64,000 nucleotides of DNA from Vicugna vicugna (lineage: Eukaryota), in assembly GCA_013265495.1 (NCBI GenBank), contig MU058289.1:1116001-1180000 (forward strand). Reading direction: 5' to 3'. Position 1 is the first letter of the stretch. Each line of letters begins with the position of its first letter. A program made the translations under genes and the position numbers. Positions 1-10,749 of the stretch are shown piece by piece. The notes under the pieces were generated by a model that was not told the origin of the DNA, did no database searches, and saw only the letters and a program-made list of their open reading frames with translations.

Positions 1-1250
1 GGCCACCCAGCCAAGCGCGCCTGTTCCTACCGAAGGAGACAGCGGCACTGAGGATATAGACATGCCCAAGACACAGCTGCTTCTGCTTGAGTTTAATCAC
101 ATGGGTGCTGAGCTGCTGGGCATCAAGTGCAGTAGGAGGGGCCAGCGCCATTACTGGGCGGGAGATACTTCTGTCCCTGGCCACAGTCAGACCACCTGGG
201 ACACACCTGACCAGAGCACATCTGCAGCACCAATGTGTCCAACACCACACCTGTGTTGGAGGCCCTTTTGCTCCCACCTAGAGTCAGAGCACCTGGGCTC
301 CACCTGTTCCAAACACACGTGTCGCAACAGGAAGTTGCAGCACCATAACTGTTGAGGGAGGCTGATCAAATAGTGATCCAAAGGCAGGACTGTCAGAGGA
401 GGGACCACCGTAGCAGTGGGAGAGTACTATCAGCAACTCGGCCCCTCGAGGTAGCGGCAGCTATGAGGTCATTGTGCCTGTATGCAAACCCAGGTCCATC
501 TTTGGGGCACCTCATTCTTTTCTTGCATGTAGACAGAGCACTTGGGGCCCATCTAGCCAATAAAGACTTCTGTTCCAGCCTTCGGTCAGATGCCTAGGGA
601 AGCACAGCTGCTAACTGTCAGAGGGGCTGACACCCAACCTGTGACTGGAGATACCGCTGTTCATGAATCCAGTCAGAGTATGAGGGACCTTCCAAGCCAG
701 AGGGCAGGTGATGCAGCTGGAGGGGAGAGCACTGTACCTGTGTTTGGAGACATTTCTGTTTCCACCATCATTCAGAGCACCTAAGGGGCTCACAGCCAGA
801 GCACATGTCTCACAGCCAGAGGGGACCACACCATACATTTTTAGGAAAGCACGTCTATCCTCACCTTCAATCAGAACATCTGGGGCCTACCCAGCCAGGG
901 TACCCATTTTTTGCTTTGTAGGAGCCAACTTCACTGAGAAAATACCTGTGATTCAGACACACTTATTCCTACCTACGGAGTGAACGTGCCTCTGCGTGGG
1001 CACAGCAAACCTCAGCCTTGTCTTTGAGGCACCCTCATCACCTGCCCTGGCCAGGACTTCACTGGGGATGCAAAGTGTTGAATCACCAACCTATTCATTT
1101 CCTTCTGGTGAAAGAACCAGAAACTCAGCAACCCAGAGGCAAAAGCTTCCTCTAGAAATGACAGCAGATGACCGCTGTGCACCGTGAATGCTGGGAGAGG
1201 CTCAGCCCATTCCAGTGACGCCACACAAACTTAACCTGCTCTTTTCCCTC
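1..1250 (+). pseudogene. NPAP1/POM121-like retrogene remnant, copy A (3' S/T-rich repeat part; 5' part outside the window)
   Basis: Broken frames carry repeated QSTW..QS..VFG motifs. The end motif RTRNSATQRQKLPLE (ORF 996-1187) matches RTRISATRRQKLPLE in copy D (ORF 18293-18490, minus). Multiple stops and frameshifts. Confidence 0.65.
375..428 (+). repeat. 54-bp perfect direct repeat, copy 1 (copy 2 at 1466-1519)
   Basis: GATCCAAAGGCAGGACTGTCAGAGGAGGGACCACCGTAGCAGTGGGAGAGTACT occurs identically at both positions. Confidence 0.95.
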
Positions 1251-1465
1251 CTACAGCAAGCTGGAGGCCCAATGCCTCCAGGGGCTTCTGTATATGCCAC
1301 AGGATATGGGTTCAGACGAGGCTGGTCAGAGGTCCACACACTGGCTTGAGAAGGTCACTGCGGAGAGGAGAGAGAGATCTTTAAGTACCAACCGTGCTGC
1401 GCTCCACTGTTAGTTTGGAAGACCCAAACTCTAGGCCAGTTTTCCTCTAGTCTTGAGACTGGTAG

Positions 1466-1519
1466 GATCCAAAGGCAGGACTGTCAGAGGAGGGACCACC
1501 GTAGCAGTGGGAGAGTACT
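1466..1519 (+). repeat. 54-bp perfect direct repeat, copy 2
   Basis: Identical to 375-428. Confidence 0.95.
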
Positions 1520-2299
1520 CCCCTCCCCCTGCTGCCTACCTGCCCCCTTCCCCCTTCCCCATTTTCCATAATGGTTCTCTCACTTTCCTCTCCCGAATAA
1601 ATATATAAAGCCTCCTTCATGTTAATTCGCCCCCTGCCTCACATGCCTTTGTTCTTTCACTATGTGTGGAAGAACTGACTTGTATGAGTGGCATCAGGTT
1701 GTGCCAGGATTAACTTTTCAAAAATTTCTGAGACTCAACGAATAGGATACATAAGTAGCTGCTCTTGCTGGCTTCGTGTACTGACTTCTGAAGCCTGTGT
1801 GTTGGGAGGATAAGGGATGGCAGCCTGGGAGGGGAGACACGGGGGCTCACCCTGGCTTCTTCCCACCGTCGGACCTCACTGAGGGCCAGATCATCCCTGC
1901 TGTGGGCAAAGCATACTTTATAATTTTAATGTTTGTAAAGTGTTTTAAGTATCTCTTTCATACCTTTTTCTTTAAATTGGATTTAGGCCAGTCATTCTTC
2001 CACACTCACGCTTCACCCAGAGAGGGTGGGCTTGGCATCCAGGTTCTTGGTTTTGGAGTAACAGTGGAAAAAAGAATTCATGCCACTCTGTACTTACTGA
2101 AAATGTCTAGGATGAAATCCATGACTCATCAGTGATTGTTGGTCACTGGAACTATGGAAAGAAACTACAGAGAGGGAAATTCATGGGTGCAGAGAATAAA
2201 AATGGAGACTGTAGAGGGATGTTGGAATCCTCAATACATGTGGTTGAGATATTGGCTCTGTGCATGGGGGGGGATTCTGACATCCTAACCTCAAACCAT

Positions 2300-3400
2300 C
2301 ACAAAAACACATTCCAGAAGAATTCAAGAGGCCAGATATTAAAAACAAAATTATAAAAGTTTTAGAATACAGTTTTAGAGACTCTGATTATAGCTTTAGG
2401 ATGTGAAGAAGTTCTTAGGAATAAAAAGACCATAAAACAAAATACCAAGGAATGAGAGTCTATTAAAATAAAAACCTTTTATTTAAAGACCACTAAAAGA
2501 CAAAATTCAGACTTACAAAGGACACCTCAAAAATACATAATTCAGAAAATGAATAGGCAAGCCATAGACTGGGGAAAATATTTGCAAAACATGTATCTGA
2601 CAAAGGACTGGTTTACAGGATACATTTTTTTTAAAAACCTACTACAGTAATAAAATGCCTAGTCACACAATAAGAAATTGGGCAAAACATTTTAGTAATT
2701 CTCTTACAAAAGAATCACAAAAGTCCAAGAAGCACGTGTAAAAGTACTCAACATCATTAGTCATCAGGGAAATGACACAAACCACAGTGAGATGCTACTA
2801 CGTGCCCACCAGAATAGATAAAGGGTTTTTTTCCCTTTTATTTCTTTTTTAAATACTGCTTGAGCTATACCTTCCCCCACAAGAGTAGATAAAGTTTTAA
2901 AGTCTACCAGCTCCAAATGTTGGCAGGCACATGCAGCACGTGGAACACTTCTTCACTTCTGGTGAGAAAACAAAATGCTAAAACCACTTTGCAAAGAGGT
3001 CATGCAGTTTCTCACAAAATTACCCATAAACTTATTCTGACCCAGCAATTTCATTCCTAAGTATTTACCCAAGAGAAATAAACGTACATGTCCACAAAAT
3101 GACTTGTACCAGAAAATTCATAGCAGCTTTATTTGTAGTAGGTAAAGCTAGGAATATTTCAGATATCCATACATACAGAATGCAAAATCAAACTCTGGTA
3201 TATTCATACTGCTCAGGTATCAGAAGGAATGCATTCGTGATAACAGGAATTTATCAACTTCAAATGTTTTTGCATTACAAAAACAACACGCTGAGTGAAA
3301 GAAGCTTTTAAAAGAGAGTACAAAACTGAATATAATTCATTTACATGAACAATCAAAACTAACCTGTAGTGGAAATAATTCTTGAAGCATTGGGGGAGGG
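2300..3400 (+). mobile_element. Old LINE-1 (L1M) fragment, ORF2 3' end and 3' UTR
   Basis: Typical L1 motifs ACTCAACATCATTAGTCATCAGGGAAATG, GACCCAGCAATTTCATTCCTAAGTATTTACCCAAGAGAAAT and TTCATAGCAGCTTTATTTGTA. Paralogous to 9465-10160. Confidence 0.85.
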
Positions 3401-3789
3401 GAGAGATGGACTGAACCCAGAGGTGCAGCTGGGCCTCAGCAGGGAGTGCACTAGGGCCTTGTCAGGTGAGGGGAGCCGGGGCAGCCCCTCCTATTAGTGA
3501 TGCTCTCCGAGGGCTGTGCTGTTTTCTCCCTGTGCCAACTAACCTCCAGGGATATGGGATCTAACTGAGCCATGTGGATCAAAGTTCCACAGTCCAGGCA
3601 CAGATGTCCCAGGAGTTGGGGTCTCATGGCCCACAACCGTCTCAGCAGGGTGTACTGAGACTTACGTATGCTCCAACAAGGGCAAGTCACTTCTGCCTGT
3701 CTGTCCACGAAGCCTTTTTTGCATCCCAGCTGCACTGCTGTTTTGTGTTCCTTTCTAATTTGCCCCTAAATCAATGACTTCCAAATAAA

Positions 3790-4445
3790 GTGCTTAGAAG
3801 AACACGTGGGAAGAGCTTCCTGACATCGGATTTGGGAATAATTTAACAGCTATAACACCAAATGCACAAGCAACCAAAGGAACAGACTTTATATCATTTA
3901 AAACTTTTGAACTTAAGATGCTTTCAAGAAAATGAAAAGACAATTCTAGTGTGGGAGAAAATACCTGCAGAACATATATCTGATAATGGATTAATATCCA
4001 AAATGTATAAAGAACTCAACCACAAAAAAACAAATAACCGAGCTGAAAAAACGGCAAAGTACTTGAATAGACTTCTCCAAAACAAGGTACAGATTACAAA
4101 TAAGTATATGAAAAGATGCTCAATATCAATTATCATTAGGGGAATTCATACCAAAACCACAATGAGATATCACTTCACACTCAATAGAATGGTTATTATC
4201 AATGAAACAAAAAATAACAAATGTTGGCAAGAATGTGGAGAAATTAGAATGTCTGTGCATTGCTCATGGGAGTTTAAAACAAAGCGGCTGCTGTGGAAAA
4301 CCTCATGGCGGTTCCTCAAAAATTTAAACATAGAATTACCTATGATTCAACAGTTCCACTCCCAGTATGTACCCAAAACAACTGAAAGCAGGGACTCAAA
4401 CAGGTATTTGTACACCCATGTTCACAGTGGCATAAGACAAATTAA
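3790..4445 (+). mobile_element. LINE-1 ORF2 C-terminal fragment
   Basis: ORF 3862-4449 contains L1 ORF2 motifs (ISDNGLISKMYKEL, MKRCSISIIIR, TTMRYHFT, NNKCWQECGE). Confidence 0.9.
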
Positions 4446-5044
4446 TTGACTGCATTTAATATTCCTTTCAAAAAAAATCTTGTAACAAAATAGGAACTGG
4501 AGTGAATTTCCTTTATATGGTAATATGCACATAAAAAAAAACACCAAAACCCAAAAAAAATAAAAATAAAAATACTCAGTTAACAACATACACTTTTACC
4601 CTGAGAACAGGAACTGAAAAATGATGTCCATTGTCTCTACTTACATTCAACATTTTACTGGAGATTGTAGCAAATCCAGCATGTAAGAAATAAATGTTAT
4701 ATATACATATATATAAAAATTTTTTTTACGTATACTACCAGATGCCAATACACATATGTACCTGTGTATCTGTGTGTATGTGAGTATGTGTCAGCTATCG
4801 GGGTTGAAACTTTATATTAGTAATCTGTCAGTTTCACCCAGGACTCTGAAAGCTGGTCTATTAAATTATTCCAAGAGATATTGGTGCCCTTGAGGCATAA
4901 GGCTTTTCAGCCGGGGTGGATCTTGCACCCACCTGATTTGCATCTCCTGTCCTTGCACCTAGGAGAAAATTACTCACAGACAGCTGTGTAGTTGGCTATG
5001 CTAGTGCTGTGCTGACAATTTTTGGTCCCTGCAAATGTAAAGGT

Positions 5045-6497
5045 AAGAAAGAGAAATTCAAAGACATGCAGATTAAAACAGAAGAAATTCAAATGGCTTT
5101 CATTTTAATTTAAATGTGACTCATAGAAAACCTTACTGTGTGTGTAGAAAATCCTAAAGAAATCAGTGAAGAAGCTGTTAGAAGTCAAAAGAGAATTTAC
5201 CAGAGTCTCAGTATATAAGTCAATATGCATTTTTTAAAATGTATTTTCTGTATACCACCAATGAACAATTGAAAGCTAAAACTGAACCCCACAGCCATGG
5301 CTGCCGCCGCCCCTGCGGCCAGCCCAGGGGCGCCCCTGTCCCCCAAGGAATTGCTTCCGAAAGGCAATGCTAAGAAGCCTGAAGAGGAGCTGGAAGAGAA
5401 AGACGACGAGGAGCTAGATGACACCCTGTCGGAGAGACTCTGGAGTTTGACAGAAATGTTCCTGGAGAGTGTCTGGTCCGCGGCTGCAGCTACTTTTGAT
5501 CTCTCCCTCTTCGTGGCTCAAAAAATGTACGGGTTTTCCAGGGCAGCCTTGTGGATTGGAACCACTTCCTTCATGATCCTGGTTCTTCCTGTCGTCTTTG
5601 AGACTGAGAAGTTGCAGATGGAGCAGCAGCAGCAACTGCAGCAACAGCAGATACTTCTAGGGCCTAACACAGGGCTGTCAGGAGGAATGCCAGGGGCTCC
5701 ACCTTCACTTCCCGGAAAGATCTAGATTGTTACTGCTATAGTTGACCTGTCTTGGTGGAAGAAGTTTGAAAATTCAATAGTGTTTGAACTGCTGATTATT
5801 GGATGATTTTTTTTTAACTTTGGCACACTAATCTATCTAAACCTGGTGGGGAGAACTCTCCCCACATTCTCATGGAGAGACTCCCAACTTGCAACTGTGC
5901 CTGCCACGCTGTCCGGACTTATTTCTTCTGTCCTTAGTGTGATACTAGAGGCAGCAATGCAGATGGTTGCTCCAGCTCTGGCCATCTCACCTGTTTCACT
6001 AAATTACTCCTGATTAGAAGACCTCCTCACTATCCCATTGTGGGGTAGAAACTGATGCCATTGGGAAGGATGTACCCCTGACTGTTAACAATGGTTTTAC
6101 TTTTAAGAATAGAGATGCTGGGGAGGGACATGCACACTATAAAATACAAAATGCATTATAGCTGCACTGTGAAGCAGCCACTGTGAATTTCCATGTATGT
6201 TGGAAGGGGAGGAAGGGTGGGCCTGTAGCAGCTTCAGCCACAGGATGGGGACTGTGGAGGACAGAGCAGGAGCTCATTTTCTCTGCATATTTTGGCTGTT
6301 AGACCTGTGTGTGTGTGTGTGTGTGTGGTGTAAAAGAGAAAAAAAATTCAGTGCTCATTTTTTGTATTTAAATATTAAAAATGATTCCAACCAAAAAAAA
6401 AAAACTAAAATTGAAAAGATATAGTATTTACAAATCCCATGAAATACTTAGGAATAAATTAAAAGCTGTGCAAGATCAATACACAGAAAACTACAAA
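5045..6497 (+). mobile_element. Old L1 ORF2 fragment interrupted by the TOMM22 retrocopy
   Basis: L1 sequence (GTAGAAAATCCTAAAGAAATC...TATACCACCAATGAACAAT) resumes after 6415 (AAATACTTAGGAATAAAT...GAAAACTACAAA). Confidence 0.75.
5287..6400 (+). pseudogene. TOMM22: TOMM22 processed retrocopy (intronless ORF 5297-5725, 142 aa, plus 3' UTR and poly-A)
   Basis: ORF is recognisably TOM22 (ELLPKG..KPEEELEE, TFDLSLFVAQKMY, AALWIGTTSFMILVLPVVFETEKLQMEQQQQLQQ, GGMPGA..SLPGKI) with no introns. ATTAAA at 6374, A-tail from 6393, and a 15-bp TSD AAAGCTAAAACTGAA (5272-5286) / AAAACTAAAATTGAA (6401-6415). Confidence 0.95.
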
Positions 6498-6690
6498 CAG
6501 TGGTTGCAAACTTTCTCTTAGAGAGCCAGATAGTAAATATTACAGGCTTTGCAAGTCACTTACGGTCTCTTTCATATATTATTTGTTTTTAATTTTAAAA
6601 ACCCCTTTTAAAATGTTAACATTATAGTCACTGGCCTTGTAAAAACAAATGGGGGCCAACTTTAGCCTATAGGCCATCGTTTGTGGACAG
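6498..6690 (+). mobile_element. MER58-like hAT-Charlie DNA transposon
   Basis: CAGTGGTTGCAAACTTTCT...GCCAGATAGTAAATATT.CAGGCTTTGC resembles the MER58 terminus. A paralogous copy sits at the same L1 position at about 16140-16330 (minus). Confidence 0.7.
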
Positions 6691-6744
6691 TGATACATAA
6701 CATTGCTGAGAGAAATTTAAAAGACCTAAATTCATGGAGATATA

Positions 6745-6785
6745 TATAGATAGATAAATAGATAGATAGATAGATAGATAGATAG
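6745..6785 (+). repeat. (GATA)n microsatellite
   Basis: Run of TAGA/GATA units. Confidence 0.9.
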
Positions 6786-7539
6786 CTCATGCTACTGTAC
6801 TGGAAAAATCACTATTGATAAATTGTCAATTTTGGCCAGATCAGCTAAGAGCTGATCAAATTATTACAAGAGATATTGGTGCCCTTGGGCCATAAGGCCC
6901 ATAAGGTCAGGATGGACTCTGGACCCAGCTCATGTGCCATCTCCTGTCCTTGGCCCTGGGAGAAGACAGGTAACAAAGAGCTTCACAGTTTGCCACATGG
7001 CTCAGTCAGAAGAGAAATGCCCTAAGGAGACAACAGTAAACCCCCCCACACACACCTTCGGAGGAGACTTGAGGCCCCCTTGTGGCCAATGGTGACATCT
7101 GCATTGAACCAAGTGAGAAAAACCTCCTAGTAGACAGTGTGTGTGCTCCTTATAATTGTGCCATGGTGCTAAAAACCCTAAGGACTATTAAAAACAGTGG
7201 TTACCTATGATGCCTACATGATGAGAGGGCACCATAGCCTGGTCAAATCCTGGCAAGGCCACTCCATCTGTAAGAATTGAGGAAAGTTCTAGAACTAAAA
7301 GGCCATTTCACCAAATTTGTAAAAATAAAGGAAGAAAACCTGCCTGCCCGGAAGGGGTGATGTGAGGTGCAGCATCCAGGACAGCTCAAGGCTGGGGTCC
7401 CTCACCTCAGAAGCCTTGACAGCCCAGCTGGTGAGGCACTAGGCTCAAGTCTCGCCAAGGCAGCTTCAGAGGAGGTGCCTGACTCAGGGACTTGGAGAGT
7501 TGCCTGGAGAGGATCCTGAGGGGAGCAAATGTGGTGCAG

Positions 7540-9460
7540 GATGGGGAGTGTAAAATGATACCAGTAGCAACTGCCTAAAAGCAAAAGGGCCCAGCTTCCT
7601 GTGCCCCGTGATTCTCTGAGTCACCCCAGGAAACAGCGCAGCCCTCTTCGCTCCGGCATCGGGCCTCTCGTACCTCGCCCTCTCGGTGAGCCTGGTCCCC
7701 ACCCGGATCTGGGCCGCTCCTCAGACTCAGGGCTGGTTCTGCTTTCTGGTGACCCCGGGGAAAGAGCTGCAGGACGCTCCGGTACTGACTGCAGAAGCCA
7801 CTGTCGCTGGACCAGGAGCTGAACGGCCTGCAGACATGCATGCTGGCGCCGAGCAACCGCTGTCCTGAACTGTCCCGAACGGTCCCTACGGCGTGCGGGG
7901 CACACCTGAGTCTAAGCACCCGCAGCCCTTCACACCTTCTCGAACTCCCAGAGGGTTAGAGGCCAGATAGGGTTTGGCCGTTGGACCTCGCCCTTTGCCC
8001 GTTGTTGCAACTTCTTCGTGCCTTTGCTCGTGCACCCTACTGTCACGTGTCCCAGTGGTGTCGCACAACGTCCGCTGGACAGAGCGCGCCCCGTCGCGGA
8101 GGGATCAGAAGCCAGGAGACCTACCAGTCTGCCGGACCACTTTGAGGATTCTTCAGGGCTCAAACTTCTCTTCAGGGACAACTTCCTCGGCACGTTCGCA
8201 CCTCGCCCCGCCACGCTACCCTGTCTGAGCTGAATTAACCCTCCTCCTCCCCCTAGGCTGTTTGCTGCAACCGCAGTTTCACATCGCAGCTAAGAAGCTA
8301 AGCTGAGATCTGATCTGACAGGCTCTGTACTCCTCTTCAGGCGGCGGTCCTTACCTTGGTGTGGTGTGTGTGTGTCTGATTTTCCCATCACAGAAGCCAC
8401 TGCTGTCTGCTTGCACTGCCAAGATGTTCCTCTGCTCAGGAATGGTGACGATACATCCTCCAGGGTGCAAAATGACTCTTCTCTGATTGGCACTTAAGCA
8501 GATGAGGCCTGGGTCATCCAGTCACGGCTAGATCTCTGCTTAAAGGAGGCTGAACTGAAGGCCCTAGGAAAGGAAGAGCTAAGAGGACACAAAATAGCAA
8601 AGGAAGGATGGTGGCTACCAGCCTGGCCTGTAGCAGCAAGAGTGTACCATCACCATGTAGGACCCTGGACACCAGAGCAGTGGTGGAGTCCTCACCTCCC
8701 TCTGGTGAAGTCCTGGGCCTCCTCAGGGAAACCTCCATTCCCAGCCCCCAGAAGACGCTTTGAGTAAGAAAGTGAAAACATCTTCAATGAGCCCATCATC
8801 AAAGGCCATGCCATCCACACCTCTTATAGTCCCGCTGGAGGCTTCCCATCTCTTTGGAGGACTGATCTGAGTGCAGCAGGGCTGTTTGGCCCACTCATGT
8901 CAAAGAGGTGGACAGAAGAAGAGATTGATGTAGGCCACCCACCCAGATCTCCAGCCTCACTGATATCAGAGAAAATACAGGGAGAAAAGCTTCCAGATGC
9001 TCTGTCCAGAAGTTAATTCTCCACCCACATCTGCCAGTTGGACGCTCTGTAAGCAAAAATTCCCATTGCCCTGCTGTTGCCACTGCTACTGTTTTGGGGA
9101 GCAGGAGGACAGGCCTCTCCCTCCTAGGCTCATTGGTGAGGACCTAGGCTTGGAGGAGAAAGCTGAGCTCCAATGGAACCACAAGATGTTGAGGGATAAA
9201 ACTGAGGCCGCTTCAGACTGCAATGCCTGTTCTCTCTTCCTGCTTTCAGAAGCAACTGCAGACACTGCCATTGGCCACCTTCACCTTGCAGGTCCCAGCT
9301 ACTGCCTTATTGTTAGACATTGATCCAGCTGCCCTGCTTGCCTGGTCCCCAAGCCTGTCTGCCCCCAGACCTATCCTCACATGAAATACTGACCATGAAA
9401 TGAGATGCCCAAATCCTAACTGTCGTTTTGCTGTTCCTGCTGAATCTCTTCTTCCCTTTA
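7540..9460 (+). pseudogene. NPAP1/POM121-like retrogene remnant, copy B (5' half; 3' half lost)
   Basis: ORF 8997-9323 contains KQKFPLP...PLPPRLIGEDLGLEEKAELQWNHKMLRDKTEAASD, matching the recalled POM121/NPAP1 motif ([27 protein letters not shown]). No introns, many frameshifts, CpG-rich 5' part. Collinear with copy C. Confidence 0.75.
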
Positions 9461-9464
9461 GGAT

Positions 9465-10160
9465 AAATAATAATAATGATAACATAAACCATCCAATAAA
9501 AAATGGGTGAAGCATTTGAACAATCCCGTTCCAAAAGGTGATTTGCAAATGTTCAATAAGCCATTTTAAAAAATACTCAACACCATTAGTCATCAGAGAA
9601 ATTAAAATAAAACCACAGTGAGAGATACCATGACACAACCACCAGAAAGGATAAAGGTTATGAGTCTAACAGCTCCAAATGTGCTCAGGGGTGTAGAGCA
9701 TCTGAAAGCCTTCTCACTTCTAATGAGAATATAAAATAGTGCAAACACTTTGAAAAAAAATCATGTAGTTTCTCATAAAACTAATTATATACCTATTCTG
9801 ACTCTGCAATTTCTCTCCTAATTACTTAACCAAAAGAAATGAAAACATAGGTACACAAAAAGGCTGGCACAGTCTGTTCATAGGTTCTTTACTCATAATA
9901 AGCAAAATCTAGAAATATCTCTGGTGCCAATCCATAAGAGAATAGAAAAACAAATCATGAAGTATTCAGACCACCCAGCTATCAAGGAAAGAGTCCCTAA
10001 TAACAGGCAACAAACAATAAGGATGAAGCAAAAATCATTTGACTAAGTGAAAGGAGACTTACACAAAAGAATGCATACTGCATGTCTGTATTTATGTGGA
10101 AGTCTAGAACAGTCAGAACTAAACCTATACTGGAGCAATTCCTGAAGGGTTGTGGGTGAG
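9465..10160 (+). mobile_element. Old L1 3' fragment, segmental paralog of 2640-3400
   Basis: L1 motifs plus the shared string AGTCTA.CAGCTCCAAATGT in both copies. Confidence 0.8.
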
Positions 10161-10749
10161 GGTGGGGCAGGAAGAGACTGACTGAACCCAGAGACAGAGC
10201 AGTGAGCAAATCAGGGACTTGCCAGCTACAGGAAGCCAGGGCAACCCACCCATGTGTGATTCTCTCCAAGGGCTGAACTGTTCTGTCTCCATGCTGACCT
10301 GCCTGCTCCTGCCGGGGAGCGGTAGGAAGGGGTATCTGACTGACCTGACCCAGATCTGATTCCCATAGTCCAGGCAAATGTGTCCCAGGACCTGGGGTCT
10401 CATGGTCCATGAAATTCCCTTCAGAGGGTGTTGAAATTGCTCCTAAAAGGGCCTGTGGCTTTTGCCTGTATATTCCCCCAAGCCTTTTATTCACCCAAGA
10501 TTGCTTGCTGATCGATTTTTCTTGCCTCGTTTCTCTCCACTATCTTCCCATTCTCTGCCACGACCACTACCTTAACATTATTCTTTTCTCAAAAAAAATT
10601 TTTTTTAATGTTTAAAAACTTTTGTAACAGTTACAAAGAAAATGTAGCCTTCTCTGCCATGATAATGGTCAATTTCATCTATGTAGCAACATCTACTCAT
10701 AAAACAACGACTTTAGAATGATATTCTTTATACTGTTACTTCAACTTTT

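Noticed and set aside
2811..2894. ~60-bp T-rich insert between AGA(A/G)TAGATAAAG repeats
   Set aside because: Probably a tiny truncated retroposon, absent in the paralog at about 9645, but too short to assign.
3862..4449. 195-aa ORF
   Set aside because: A degenerate L1 ORF2 fragment, not a host gene.
7565..7580. CAACTGCC as an A-MYB site marking a pachytene piRNA promoter
   Set aside because: A single short motif expected by chance, and I could not see it conserved in the other copies.
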